A DNA stretch of 63,511 nt, filler included, from Octopus bimaculoides (GCF_001194135.2; 4 parts of 4 records of this genome joined end to end with filler, not necessarily neighbours in it), one strand, 5' to 3'. Positions 12,600 to 26,995 are shown, counted from the whole stretch's first letter. Notes: a model not told the origin generated them from the letters alone. A program made the numbers and translations.

Positions 12600-14270
12600 T
12601 AAGAGCAGCAGCAGCGTATTATTAGATATTTTGAATGGTGCGAAAAGAATGTCGTCCAGGGATGTGTTTGCCAATTCCGATCCAGGTGAAAGCTTGAAGC
12701 ACTGAAAAGATTTCCCGATCTAACAGAGGTCATTACAGTGCAGCATCTATTGGTTGTTGTTGCAGATAGAAGACTTTCATGCTACAACTGTGGAGACGCT
12801 AATCATCTCAAGTCTTTCTCCGATAAAATGAATAGAAAATGACAGCTGAAACTAAGTCTCCGCTACTTTGAACGCAATGACTTGGACATTATCACTAGCA
12901 AGTTGAGGTACCACAAGAGTAACAGCCACACTAACTGGAAGCACCACATGGAACCACCACAGCCCTAAATACTATACCAAATACAGAATTGGGAGCAGCG
13001 CCTACAACTACAACAGCAACATTCCAAAGATTTTAAATGACATGATCAAGATGGGAAACGATAGCACAACACTGTCAAGGTTCACCGGACAATCAATAGT
13101 TGAAAACCCGCAAAAAGCAAAAAGACAACGATCTCCATGAGACTCCCGTCCTCACTCGGGACATTACAGAAGTGTCGTATGGCGAAGTGAGTGAACATAG
13201 AACGTAACTAAGAAGCATGTAGATATCTCTAATGTTAGCAATGGAAAGGACTAGAAACACACTTTAAAAAACCCCCCCAAAACTAGCAAATATGAACAAA
13301 TGAGGGAGATGCCTTTAAGCAATAATACACCAACATCACCTCAACCAGCAGCCACACATTCCAGCTGAACGTCCGCCTCATTACAACCCCTGATCACTAT
13401 CATAGACACCACCGTTATAAGCACATTCTAATTCTTTTCTACTCTAGGCACAAGGCTCGAAATTTTGGGGGAGAGGCCAGTCGATTAGATCGACACAAGT
13501 ACGCAACTGGTACTTAATTTATTGACCCCAAAAGGGATGAAAGGCAAAGGCAAAGTCAACCTCGGCGGAATTTGAACTCAGAACGTAATGGCAGACGAAT
13601 TTCCGCTCAGAATTTCGCCCGCTGTGTTAACGTTTCTGCCAGCTCACCACCTCATAAGCACATTCTAATTAAGATACACAATATTCATATGACATATTTC
13701 CAGTAAAGAAAAAAGTCCTTAATTTTACGGCAATAAACTCAAGCAATAAAAGACCAATGGACCGCATATACCAACATGCAGTCATCATACACATTATGGT
13801 CTTTACATTAACGGAGATCATTCGAGAAAATATAAGAATCATCTAAATATAAAGAACATACATAGAACATCTTAAAAAGTAAACGTCTCAAAACAGGAGG
13901 AGACTTCAGGGGTAATATCAGTAAAAGACTATACAAAGATCTGGTTATGGAAACGCCTACAGTTAGTTGGAGGCACAGAATGCCTGCAACTCCACACGGT
14001 AAATACAAATTGACCTTTTCCATCTTTCATCTTTCAACGAATGTTCTTATTTAGAATATGGAGCATAAAAGCATTTGATTTAAAGTCACCGTGGAAACAC
14101 GGCCATCTGCTCAACGCCCCGAGACTTCTAAATGCAGTGGCCACCAGGAACCTTCTCAATCATTTGCGGTGGTGTGTACAAGTCGATAGGGATGGAGAGG
14201 CAAAGTGGCTGTGTTACTTCGGAAGGGCCTGGACCAAACGACGGTCTGGTTGGTGAGTCATCGCAAATCT
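12600..14270 (+). mobile_element. Decayed L1/Tx1-like LINE (ORF1 knuckle and start of ORF2 endonuclease), interrupted by a SINE
   Basis: LLVVVADRRLSCYNCGDANHLKS (~12750-12815) parallels LAVEGRRPSCYVCSSKTHLRSTC at ~39.3 kb. LKSPWKHGHLLN and RGKVAVLLRKG at 14080-14235 resemble an AP-endonuclease N-terminus. Confidence 0.55.
13434..13653 (-). mobile_element. SINE family A, full-length with 17-bp target-site duplication
   Basis: Perfect flanking direct repeat ataagcacattctaatt at 13417-13433 and 13654-13670. Confidence 0.95.
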
Positions 14271-15492
14271 AATCATTTCCTAATCATGTTCTTTGCCCAA
14301 AAGGCTTCGGATGCGCCCGCTTATAAAGATAGTAAGCGGTGACAGAAGTTCAAGAATTAGCTGCTATTAGGGTTACGTCAATCCACCGCGTACTAGATCA
14401 CTCGTTGGTTCTTTGGAGTAGGTAAGCCTCGGTTCGGTAATACTCGTGTTTCAGTGACGTCAGCCGTACAAAAATAAAGCTGAAATGTACCTAGCAGATA
14501 CATGAATTTAACGACACATAAATTATGAAACCAACATTGCGTACGCGTACGTAATAGATGCATGAAAAATACCTGAGTGTATACGTATATATTAATATAT
14601 ANNNNNNNNNNNNNNNNNNNNNNNNNNNNNNNNNNNNNNNNNNNNNNNNNNNNNNNNNNNNNNNNNNNNNNNNNNNNNNNNNNNNNNNNNNNNNNNNNNN
14701 NNNNNNNNNNNNNNNNNNNNNNNNNNNNNNNNNNNNNNNNNNNNNNNNNNNNNNNNNNNNNNNNNNNNNNNNNNNNNNNNNNNNNNNNNNNNNNNNNNNN
14801 NNNNNNNNNNNNNNNNNNNNNNNNNNNNNNNNNNNNNNNNNNNNNNNNNNNNNNNNNNNNNNNNNNNNNNNNNNNNNNNNNNNNNNNNNNNNNNNNNNNN
14901 NNNNNNNNNNNNNNNNNNNNNNNNNNNNNNNNNNNNNNNNNNNNNNNNNNNNNNNNNNNNNNNNNNNNNNNNNNNNNNNNNNNNNNNNNNNNNNNNNNNN
15001 NNNNNNNNNNNNNNNNNNNNNNNNNNNNNNNNNNNNNNNNNNNNNNNNNNNNNNNNNNNNNNNNNNNNNNNNNNNNNNNNNNNNNNNNNNNNNNNNNNNN
15101 NNNNNNNNNNNNNNNNNNNNNNNNNNNNNNNNNNNNNNNNNNNNNNNNNNNNNNNNNNNNNNNNNNNNNNNNNNNNNNNNNNNNNNNNNNNNNNNNNNNN
15201 NNNNNNNNNNNNNNNNNNNNNNNNNNNNNNNNNNNNNNNNNNNNNNNNNNNNNNNNNNNNNNNNNNNNNNNNNNNNNNNNNNNNNNNNNNNNNNNNNNNN
15301 NNNNNNNNNNNNNNNNNNNNNNNNNNNNNNNNNNNNNNNNNNNNNNNNNNNNNNNNNNNNNNNNNNNNNNNNNNNNNNNNNNNNNNNNNNNNNNNNNNNN
15401 NNNNNNNNNNNNNNNNNNNNNNNNNNNNNNNNNNNNNNNNNNNNNNNNNNNNNNNNNNNNNNNNNNNNNNNNNNNNNNNNNNNNNNNNNNNN

Positions 15493-15554
<62 letters not shown>

Positions 15555-16116
15555 TGCATGTATGTATGCATTTGTATATGTATGTGTATGTGTGCGGTTA
15601 GCATAAAGTGTACGAAATTCTAGAAGGAAATCCGCATGGTTCTATCACGCAGGATGCTCAGTGTACTCAGCATACATCACTTCTATGTGTTCAACGCACA
15701 CAGACAAATGCGCACGTACACACACAAACGCGCGCGCACACACAAAGGCATACACAAACGCACTCACACAATCACGTGCATGCATGATCACAGTTTTTTC
15801 TCTTTCTATTTCCGCACAACATGTATTCTTCTTCCTGTCTCCTGCGTAAACATATGCACATGTATGTATGTATGTATGGATGGATGGATGGATGGATGGA
15901 TGGATGGATCGATGGATAGATGTAAGTATATATGTGTGTATGTATGTAAATATGCATGCAAGCACCTATACATGTATATAAATACATACATAAATTATTG
16001 CGTATTCACACAGATACATATATAGGTGTTCATGTATCTCTCTCTCACTCTCTCTCACTCTCTGTCTCTCTACCTACCTACATACCTACCCATCTATCTA
16101 TCTATCTATCTATCTA

Positions 16117-16164
<48 letters not shown>

Positions 16165-16394
16165 AACATACACATATACACACATGCATATTTACGTATA
16201 TANNNNNNNNNNNNNNNNNNNNNNNNNNNNNNNNNNNNNNNNNNNNNNNNNNNNNNNNNNNNNNNNNNNNNNNNNNNNNNNNNNNNNNNNNNNNNNNNNN
16301 NNNNNNNNNNNNNNNNNNNNNNNNNNNNNNNNNNNNNNNNNNNNNNNNNNNNNNNNNNNNNNNNNNNNNNNNNNNNNNNNNNNNNNNNNNNNNN

Positions 16395-16431
<37 letters not shown>

Positions 16432-17290
16432 CAAGTCCCTGTGTGCTGTGTGTGTTTGTGCATGTTCTTCTCTATATACATGTTTATATATATTTGTACA
16501 CACATTGCTCTCCTCCACTCCCCAGATATTGGTTGGTCAGTTTTTATTTCTTTATTTTTCCCCCTTCTTCTCATTCTTTTTGCTTCATCTCTCCATTATC
16601 GATATTATTGTTAAACTTAATACATCTGCCACATGTTTCAATCTATCCTTCACTGGTTACCTCCCCTTTCCACTACGCTCTCTCAATCTCTCTCCCGTAT
16701 CCCCTTCATATGAAGTTATACAATTCCCCTCTTTCTATCTCTCCTTTTTCTTTCTCCTTTTGTTTCTGTCCGCCATTGTTTTCTTTTTCACCTTCTTCTC
16801 TTCTTATATCTTCTTTCTTCTATATTTTCCCTTCTCAATCGGCTTTTCATAGCAACTTCTGCTCTGTCTTTCCTGATGGAATTTATCCTGACAAATGATG
16901 ATCTTATTTCACTTACTTTTGCCAATATCCTTGACATCTCACAATCTTTACCGCAACGTCTACTTAAACTAAAAAGATGATGGAAGATTTCCACCATAAC
17001 TTACCGCTCCTCTCGCAACCTTCCCTTACCATTTTCTCATTCTTAGCTCACACTCTTCTTACTCTTTCTACAAATCCCTCTCTCATTCTTCATATCGTTC
17101 TCTCTGCCTCTCTCTGTCACCTCCCCCTCTCTCTTTCACTCTTTCCTCCTATTTGTTTTCTTCCTGATTTTCTGTATTAACTGATATTTCCTTCTCCAGT
17201 AGCACCTGTCTAATCACATGACTCAGTAGACATATTTTGGTACGGTTGTTGTTGTTGTTGTTACCATCATCATCATCATCATCATCATCA

Positions 17291-17333
<43 letters not shown>

Positions 17334-18109
17334 AGTTGCTCTTGTAGAAGTTGTCATCGTTTGTTTTTCTCTTGCAGTTATTATTATTATTATTATTCTC
17401 CTCTTTCTCTCATATTGTCGTTCAACTTTGTTTTTCCGCCTTGCTTATGTGTTCAGGTGTCGCAGTTGGTTTCACAGTGAAAATACGCTTCCCTGGTTAT
17501 CCTGTAAAATCTTATAAAATCGTGTTGCCTTGCTTCGGATAAAATACCTTTTTAATATTAATACTAACTATGTTTCTCAAAAGTAGTACATAACTAGAAT
17601 CGGTAGAACACCAAACAAAGCCATTTGTATTTTCGGCTATTTACATTGTCATTTCAAATCTCCAGTGGGCTGAATTTTCCTTTTGTCCTTCTCCGGCCGA
17701 TAAAATATATTTGAGTTTCGGTACTAGAATTTCCGTAATCAATGATAACACACCCTCAATTTCAGACTTTCCTCAGTTAAAAATCAATAATCGATATTCT
17801 TTGGAGTACTTGTCAGTTAGTAACTCAGTACGCTTGGTTGAGCTTGCATTTCGATCCCGTTTCCTTTCCTAATCGATAAATTTAAATCACTAGTTAATAT
17901 ATTGTGCATTGAATGTATTCAATCTGATACAAGCGTATCTATACAAACATTGATCTGGTTCGTGTATCTAAAATGAAATTCCTGTACAAGTATTTTCAAA
18001 CGAATATATTTGTTTGTGTATCTAGTGTCTACACGAAAGCATTGTTGAAGAAGGAAGGTGTTATATATAATGTAATATCGAATCTGCCATTAGAATATCT
18101 ACCTACGTA

Positions 18110-18310
18110 GCATGAAGGAAGTGTAATGGCAAACGAACATCATCAAGCACTTGTTTCCAGAATTCCCTCTCCTGCATTGCTCTTGGCAGCTCACTCTTCT
18201 GCAGCCCACATTCTTCATCCAGTTGGTCGAAAACTGTCGTGTCTGGACACTCCCACGTTTGCTTTCCGTGTGTTGGTTTCGACCTCAGCATTTGGCTAAA
18301 TACTTCATCC
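18110..18310 (-). mobile_element. RTE-like LINE C-terminal relic
   Basis: KPTHGKQTWECPDTTVFDQLDEECGL..SELPRAMQEREFWK resembles the RTE C-terminal pattern HGKR..GRP..T.IDQL..D.GL...AM.DR..W. Confidence 0.55.
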
Positions 18311-19277
18311 TTGCTACTAAAGCAAATTCCTCAAAATCTGAGTCTTCTTTACATTATAGTGGAGATAGATAACTTGGAAGTTTACTGTAAAGACTGGCTT
18401 GTTGCATGGGGATGCCATTTGACGCTGTTGTAATACAGTTTAAAATAAGACGTATCACATTTTCTCCTCACACCATTACTCATGTCTATTGCCATCCATC
18501 ACTAACTATTCCTATGACAATAGTCTCTCTTCAGTTACTCCTCACAGTACTCTCACATTTGCCATCATACTCTCCTTGCACGACAAACATGCTGCTTCAC
18601 AAGCTTCTTTCTCTCATCCACTCTCTTTAGCTCATTCTGTCTTTCTGCCATTCCATCTTGGCCACGCTACCTTCAGCCAACAGAGAAATCGTGGGGCTGT
18701 TAGGTCCCTTTTCTCTCGTTGAGGATGTGGCAATGTGTATAGTATGGGAACCAGAATGAAACGCAGCCATTAAAATATATTTCTGTCTTGATGCCAGGAA
18801 GGCTATCAAGCTGTAGAAACATCAGGAAGGTCAGAGTCCTGTACGTAAAACAAAAAAAAAAGAATACCACTAAAAGTGCTGCTTGGTTTTGAATAAAAAT
18901 AATTTAGTGATAGTGGCCTTATCCTATGTGTTGGATTGAGTAAGCCTTACTGCTGCTGCAGCGGAACTAAAAAATTATTTAAAAGAAAAATGAGCCAACC
19001 CGAAAAATGGGGTATTCAAATTTATGCTTTAATAAAAAGCAAGGGTGTGCTGTTGCCGAAAGAGCTCCTCCAATAATTTTTGTAATCTGCCGAGTTGTTT
19101 GTAAAGTTTTGTATGCTCAGATTTGACGCGTTCCTCGTTACTGAGAAAGTCTCCAGTCAGCAAGAAATAAAAGAAAATTATATTTCATTTCAAACGAACA
19201 AAAGACACATAGTCAGTCTCCTCACTTTCTAAACCGTTTGGAAGAGAGTAGCTAAGAATAAGTACAGACTCGGACAA

Positions 19278-19588
19278 AGAAGAAGAAGAAGAAGAAGAAG
19301 AAGAAGAAGAAGAAGAAGAAGAAGAAGAAGAAGAAGAAGAAGAAGAAGAAGAAGAAGAAGAAGAAGNNNNNNNNNNNNNNNNNNNNNNNNNNNNNNNNNN
19401 NNNNNNNNNNNNNNNNNNNNNNNNNNNNNNNNNNNNNNNNNNNNNNNNNNNNNNNNNNNNNNNNNNNNNNNNNNNNNNNNNNNNNNNNNNNNNAAGAAGA
19501 AGAAGAAGGAGGGGGAGGGGGAGGGGAAGGAGAAGAAGAAGGAGGAGGAGGAGGAGGAGGAGGAGAGGAAGAAGAAGAAAAAGAAGAA

Positions 19589-19620
<32 letters not shown>

Positions 19621-19640
19621 AAAAGAAGAAGAAGAAACCT
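19278..19640. repeat. (GAA)n/(GGA)n polypurine tract containing an assembly gap
   Basis: Direct reading. Source of the poly-S/P/F ORF 19252-19671. Confidence 0.97.
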
Positions 19641-20921
19641 TCAGCACATTTAACGTTGTACTTAATGACACGTTAACTCATTTCCCCGCTACTTAAAGTT
19701 TCATCCGTGCAGATGTGCGCCTTCATCTTCAGGCGCATAGAACGTTCATAGCTTGCTTATTGCTATTCCATTCTCAAACATTTCTTCTTCCCTCGTCTTA
19801 TTTACGAAATATATTGTCAAGCTGATGCAAAAGTTCGATCTCGTGACTAATATATTCCGATTCATTATCAATAGAGACTCGTTGGTTTACATCATAAATA
19901 TATGTATGCCAGATATGAGTTTGTATTTAAATGTGCCTTTTAAGCCTATACATTTATGTAGATTTGTATATATATGCATGTATGCATATATATGCATGCA
20001 TGTGTATGTATGTATGCATATATATATATATATATANNNNNNNNNNNNNNNNNNNNNNNNNNNNNNNNNNNNNNNNNNNNNNNNNNNNNNNNNNNNNNNN
20101 NNNNNNNNNNNNNNNNNNNNNNNNNNNNNNNNNNNNNNNNNNNNNNNNNNNNNNNNNNNNNNNNNNNNNNNNNNNNNNNNNNNNNNNNNNNNNNNNNNNN
20201 NNNNNNNNNNNNNNNNNNNNNNNNNNNNNNNNNNNNNNNNNNNNNNNNNNNNNNNNNNNNNNNNNNNNNNNNNNNNNNNNNNNNNNNNNNNNNNNNNNNN
20301 NNNNNNNNNNNNNNNNNNNNNNNNNNNNNNNNATATATATATATATATATATAATGGAGAGAGAGAGAGTAATAGCTTGTTACCTATGTAGATAGATAGA
20401 TAAATAGATAGAAAGTAAGATAGATAGATAGATAGATAGATAGATATGTATGTATGAATGTTTATCAATGTATTATGTATGTGTCTGTGTTTATGTATGT
20501 GCTTGCTTACTTGTTTGTGAATAATTTAACTATTGCTTTGCTTATTATTTTTTTTTAAACCAAATCATTTATATAACCAATAATTAAGACACACACGCAT
20601 TTACCATAAACACCAGACAATAAAGTTTTCGTTGCTTCTTCAATTATAATAGAAAACATTGTATTTCATTATGAGAACTATTATTACAGTAATTAAAGCT
20701 AATTTAACGAAAGGTGTCGTGTAGTATATTATCATTTATTTTAAATATTGTGATTTAAATACGAAACCAAAGAAAAGACTCCTATACGGAGCCGCCACTT
20801 GTTAGAAATAACAACAAAACCACTTTCGACATACAACGGATTGCTTTCCAAGAATGGAAGCCACACTGGATAACTTGCTTTTAGGTTTACAATAGTCTAG
20901 ATATTATTGTCACGGTTGGAA

Positions 20922-21118
20922 GAGAAGCGAGCTGGCAGGATTGTTAGCACGTTAGACAAAATAGTAACATTGCGTTACGTTCTGAGTTCAAATTCTGCCT
21001 GAGTTGCTGACATCACTTTTCATCCTTTCGGAGTCAGGAGTTAATAAAAATAAGCAGGAGTCAATCGAATAGCCTTTCCTCACAAAATTTCATGCCTCGT
21101 GCCTAAAGCAGAACTAAC
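20922..21118 (+). mobile_element. SINE family A with 14-bp TSD (1 mismatch)
   Basis: tgtcacggttggaa (20908-20921) and tgtcacggtcggaa (21119-21132) flank gcgagctggcagga...gagttcaaattctgcc...gtgcctaaagcagaa. Confidence 0.88.
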
Positions 21119-21415
21119 TGTCACGGTCGGAATATCTTTCATCATAAATATTCTTTATCGGAACAGACAAGAGCTGCACAGCAAGGACGTTTTTTTTCTG
21201 CCATTAATTGCTATCTTCTTTCTTCCTTTGCTTGCTTCAGTCATTTGACTGCTGTCATGGTGCGGCAACAGCTTGAAGGGTTACATATTGTACATATTGT
21301 TAAAGTCTGATACTCATTCTGTCGACCCGCTATTTTTCGACGACGTAAATAAACGAACGCTTGTTGTGAAGCACTGTGTAGGAACAAAGACAACTCCAAA
21401 GACAAACGCGCATGC

Positions 21416-21446
<31 letters not shown>

Positions 21447-22961
21447 TATTAATATAAATTACTTGTACGGACACCGTATTTCGTTATGCAATATATATAT
21501 ATATATATATATATATACGACGGGAGTCACCGTCTCTGTCTACCATATTCACTCGCAAGGCACTATAAGACACTTGTCCATGATGCCGCACAGCGAGACT
21601 AAAGTAGAAATATTATGTTGCAAAGCAAGCTTCTTACACAGTACATACTAAAGATAATTTCGGGGGCATCAAATATGTTTTGCACTTACATAACCATATT
21701 TACGGGAATCCGCTAAGAAAGCGAACACAACTTACAAGTGTATAGACAAAGCACTATGCGAGCATATGTGTTCTCAATTCACATATTGTTTGGAACAGCT
21801 GTTAAGTTTCGATCAAATTATATGGGGTTGCCATATGTAATATGATTTCGCTAATACTTTCATGTGCCGACATTGTGGTGAGCAGGCAAAGACACTTGCA
21901 TCGCTTTTCCTGCCACCGACCCAACAGAATATCCATCCTGTGAAGCAGCAACAGGTGGGAGATAGTACAGCTATAGAATGGGTTGATATTTTTGTTCTGC
22001 CCTGAAAAGGTGAACGTTCCAAAACGCTACTTTAATTTCAATGCGGAGTACAAAGAACCTGAGAATGTAATCTAATACATTCTTTCTATGCAGGCAGCAA
22101 GCTGCCCGCATCCTAGCACATCGGACAAAATGCTTAGTGGCATTTTTTCCGGTTCTTTACGTTCAAATATTGAGTTTTTGAGTTCAAGTACTGCAGATGT
22201 CAAATTTCTCTTTCATACTTTCGAGCTTCATAACATAAAGTACCAATCAAGCTGTCACCTTTCAATCGATTTGAACCCTCCACTCAAATATCCCTGGCCT
22301 TGAACCCTGCAAAGGACTCGCGATACATTCGCGAACATGTTGTGCTCTCAGCATCATTTATGCGCCATTGAAATCGGACAACCGGCAAGAGGTGTGCTAA
22401 CGCTCTAAAACGAAAAAAAATAAAAATATATATATAGAGATTTCAAAAATCCTTTCCATCCGACATTCTAACGACTCTACCTATTTACCGCCTAATACAA
22501 TATAATTTACTCTTAACATGTGAGACGATCACGGCGGGAACGTTGTCAAACACGGGTCTTCCTGATCAACTAGATATAAAGGCTTGTTCTCTAAGCAGCC
22601 TCTGACACTTTTTCTAGCGACATCTTTTCTCTCCTTCACAGTTACTAAAAGGTACTTCCATAGCTGTTACAGTTTCACCGCAGTGAATCACTGATATTGC
22701 ATGTGAATGCCTATTTGTAGTGAATCATCCTCAGTTGTAGAAAAGTTGGATTTTGCATCGTACAGATTTCAAATCATAGATACAAAGTATGTGGCATATA
22801 CATAAATGTGTATCAGAAACTTTTTATGAAGAGTGTAATTAAGGTTAAATAATTCTTAAATATTACCAACAGTGTAACAAATCGAATGTCTTCCAAGATC
22901 TATGTTTTGCCATTCACAAACATATATGTATACATATACATATATGTGTGTGTGTGTATAC

Positions 22962-23004
<43 letters not shown>

Positions 23005-23424
23005 ATATATATATAAATATATATATGTATACATATACATATATATATATATATAAATATATATATNNNNNNNNNNNNNNNNNNNNNNNNNNNNNNNNNN
23101 NNNNNNNNNNNNNNNNNNNNNNNNNNNNNNNNNNNNNNNNNNNNNNNNNNNNNNNNNNNNNNNNNNNNNNNNNNNNNNNNNNNNNNNNNNNNNNNNNNNN
23201 NNNNNNNNNNNNNNNNNNNNNNNNNNNNNNNNNNNNNNNNNNNNNNNNNNNNNNNNNNNNNNNNNNNNNNNNNNNNNNNNNNNNNNNNNNNNNNNNNNNN
23301 NNNNNNNNNNNNNNNNNNNNNNNNNNNNNNNNNNNNNNNNNNNNTATATATATATATATATGTGTACACATATATATATGCATATACATATGTGCATGTG
23401 TGTGTGTAGGTTATATATATATAT

Positions 23425-23488
<64 letters not shown>

Positions 23489-24256
23489 CACATTAAACAC
23501 ACGCATTTCTGCATTCAATAACCTGAAATTATCTACTGAAATTATCGTCTGTCCAAAGTAATTAATTCAATCATTTAATGATAATCAATATAGAATATGT
23601 TATGTATACATCCATATATACTTATACATACACACACACACGCACACATACATGCTAATACATATATATAATATAAAATATATAATATGCGTGTGTGAGT
23701 GTGTGTATATGTGTATGTATGTAAGTGTGTATGTATGCGTGTCTGTGAATATATTAAAGATATATATAATGCCATATTTAAATTCAAATTCTCCAGAAAG
23801 TAAATGAAATCTTACTCCCTTACGTAAATTCCTCGATAATGTAAAGTAATATACTAAATTATGATTTTTCTTCCCGTTTATATTTTGCTTTTCTCTTCAC
23901 GACAATCATCTCACTCCTTTTCACTCTCACAATCGACTCCACTACATTCTGGCTTTATCACACTCTCTTTGTTTCCTCTTGGCCTGTTCCCCCCTCTCTC
24001 TCTCTCTGACGCACTGACTGTCTGTCTGTCTGTTCCTATTGTATCAATTATTGCATTGTATTGCAAAATATGCAAACGTACGAACAGCCATACTTACAGA
24101 CCAAGAAATGAACTGCTACGTAAGTTTCATTGTTTTCCTGTCATTTATTCAATACTAATTCACGTTAATTAGGTTTGATGAAAATTGCAGTGGAAGTCGA
24201 ACAACAAAAAGGAAACAAGAAGAAAAAAATTTGAATGGCATGTATAAAATTACAAT

Positions 24257-24336
<80 letters not shown>

Positions 24337-24654
24337 TATGTATATATGTATATATATACGTACAGAGATTAATACTTGCGTCCATACATACGCACACACT
24401 TATTTATTTACGAAATCGCCAAAATGTTACGAAAGCGATACAAGGGCCGATATTTCCGTCTATGGCACTTAACATGTTTAATATAAATATATTTACTGAG
24501 GTTTCTAATATCTGATATTTAAGGAATGGTTGATATTGTAATGCAATATTTGTAAGTTATGAGGTGCTATTATTCAGAGGCGTATGAAGGAACGTGTATT
24601 CAACACTGACGAATGTCGACACACCAGAACATTCATGCGTCCAACACAAAATTC

Positions 24655-24862
24655 TCGAATTTTGGCACAAGGCCAGCAATATCGGAAGAGGGGATAAGTC
24701 GATGTCATCGACCCCAATATTCAACTGGTACTTATATTATCAACTCCGAAATGATAAAAGATAAAGTCGACCGCGGCAGAATTTGAACTCAGAACATAAC
24801 GATGGTTGAAATGCACGTAAGCATGTTGGCCCGGGAGCCAACTGTTCTGCCGGGTCGCCGCG
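24655..24862 (-). mobile_element. SINE family A copy
   Basis: tttggcacaaggccagc...aaagtcgaccgcggcagaatttgaactcagaac. Confidence 0.88.
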
Positions 24863-25396
24863 CTGAATTCGCAGTAAATATTAGCAGCCATAAGATAATG
24901 AGAGGGTGAGAGGATAAATAAAGCAGCGGTTATTGTGGCGGATGTCGAAGAATAAGGGGAGACGAGCGGTCAAGATAAGTTATCTTGGCTAATCGAAGAA
25001 CAAAGAAGTCTGTGGGAAGGAATCTGAGAAAAAGAAGTGGTTAAAGGAAGCAAATGGCAACGCAATGAAGAAGAGAAGGGAAAGAAATGGTATGGTGGTA
25101 TAGAATAGGTAGGGGTAGTGATTAAGAAAGGTGGAAAGAAAGAACAAAACGAATATTGGAAAGAGAAAGAAAAATGTTTTCATTCAAATTTTTGATCCTC
25201 ATGAACTCAAATACCATTCCAAATTTGGTATAAAGCTTTCTGATTCCAACGTGCCTAACTTTGGATCTATCATCCCTGCTTCAAAAAGGTGCAACCTCGC
25301 CCTTAGAAGGACAGGTTGTAATAGATCTTGTTACGGTAGCTCCTGTAAAAGTACTTATAACAACTATAAATATAATAAACCTTTCTGCTGAAAGCA

Positions 25397-25555
25397 CAAG
25401 GCTTCAGGTATGGGGGGGGGGAAGGATTATATCGACCCCAGTGCGTATCGAATGGACCCCGATAGGAGGAAAAGTCGACCTCGGCGGAACGTGAAGACGA
25501 ACGAAATACCGCTAAGAACGTGAACTCAGAACGTGAAGACGGACAAAATACCGTT
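25397..25555 (-). mobile_element. SINE family A, partial, with internal duplication
   Basis: gcacaagg...atcgaccccagtgcg...gtcgacctcggcggaa. gaacgtgaagacg..c.aaataccg occurs twice (25488, 25530). Confidence 0.75.
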
Positions 25556-26809
25556 ATGAATGATGCTTTGCACTACTGGGGGCCAAAAAATTCTAGCGAT
25601 TGCCACAGTTAAGTGACAATAAGGTGTTATTAGTGCGGGGGTACGGTATGTTGTTTGCATTTTATGTTTTTCAGTTGAAAGAGGTACGGGTGGCTAGAAT
25701 CCTTCGAAAACTGTTTACTAGTCAATGCATGTTTGGTGCCAGGTGACTATGTTGCTTATTGATGAGGGTAGCTGGATGTGAAAGGTTGGTCGGCATATTA
25801 CGACTTTACGATCCTGAACCGAAAACCTAACCACTACACCACGCGCCTTCACACGTGTGTGTTTCCATGTGCGAATGCCTACGAATACGAGGACTATCTG
25901 TAAGAGAACAGAGTATTACTGCAAGTCCCCTTTTATTTCTATTGGTGCTAAATGCACCTATTCCCTTTGGTATTAAGCTATGATCGTCTCTTACTGCATT
26001 ACACAAAATATAAAAATCCACATCGAAATTTATTCAAGCGATTACCATATCTGGATGAATCTACCGTTGTATATTAAATATATTCAAATTTCAATTCAGT
26101 ATAAAATCGTAAAAATTCAAAATATTATTCAGGTGAAAAATCAACAATTTAAAAAGAATATCTACAAAATTGTGAATTCAATTAAAATTTTGAATTGAAT
26201 GAATTAACTTTATAATCTAGTATATACGTTATAGCAATTTATGTGAGTTTTAATAATATTAATGAACTAATTCCGGTAATATTCGACTGGGTAACCATCA
26301 GATTACGTGGATATTGTCAAACAATTGATAGTATCTCAACCAAGGTCAATAAATGAATTTGAGAGTCAGTTCTATAACGTTACGTATCGTAGGACAACAC
26401 TGGAAATCTATAAACATAGAAGTTTTTGCTTTATTCTGCTTTAAATTTTCTGTTTCAGAGTTTTCCACTCATCGAGCGGTATCTCTAATGTTTTCTTTAC
26501 CTGGAATTTTGTTCGTGACCGATACTTGTTTGCGTCTCGCTCAATCTTATAATGTTTCAGGGAAAAGTATTTCGTGAGCATTGTCCTACAATCACGAAGC
26601 AACGCAGACCAGTCAGGGAGTAAGAGAGAAGGGGTGAGAAAGGAGAAAGAGGCAGAAAGGGAAAAAGAAGGAGGGAGAGAGGAAGAGAGAGAGTAAAAGT
26701 GAGAAACAGACCAAGATAGAGGCAGCGACAGTGATAAATTAGCATTGAAAATACAAATATATGAAACGATTTAAGGAGGAGAATTGGTACAATCGTTACG
26801 ATGTCGGAG

Positions 26810-26995
26810 AAATGCTTAGCGGCATTTCGTCCGTCTATACGTTCTGAGTGGAAATTTCCCCGCGGTCGACATAACCTTTCAATCTTTCGGGGTCGATTAA
26901 ATAAGAACCAGTTGAACACTGGGATAGGTGTAATCGCATTACATCTCTAAAAATTATTGACCTTGTGTTAAAATTTGAAACAAATTTATGAATCG
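26810..26995 (+). mobile_element. SINE family A, decayed
   Basis: gaaatgcttagcggcatttcgtccg...acgttctgagtggaaatt...ttcggggtcgattaaataagaaccagtt. Confidence 0.75.

Noticed and set aside
14393-15623. Long ORFs made of X runs and YI/HT/CV repeats (here and throughout)
   Set aside because: They are translations of N gaps and dinucleotide microsatellites.
18998-19140. Coiled-coil-like minus-strand frame NEERVKSEHTKLYKQLGRLQKLLEELFRQQHTLAFY*
   Set aside because: It has a plausible acceptor but is short, unrecognised and has no linked exons; it needs RNA-seq.
21835-22000. CRHCGEQAKTL frame resembling a LINE C-terminal zinc knuckle
   Set aside because: It is too short, lacks the downstream H/C residues, and has no flanking LINE homology.
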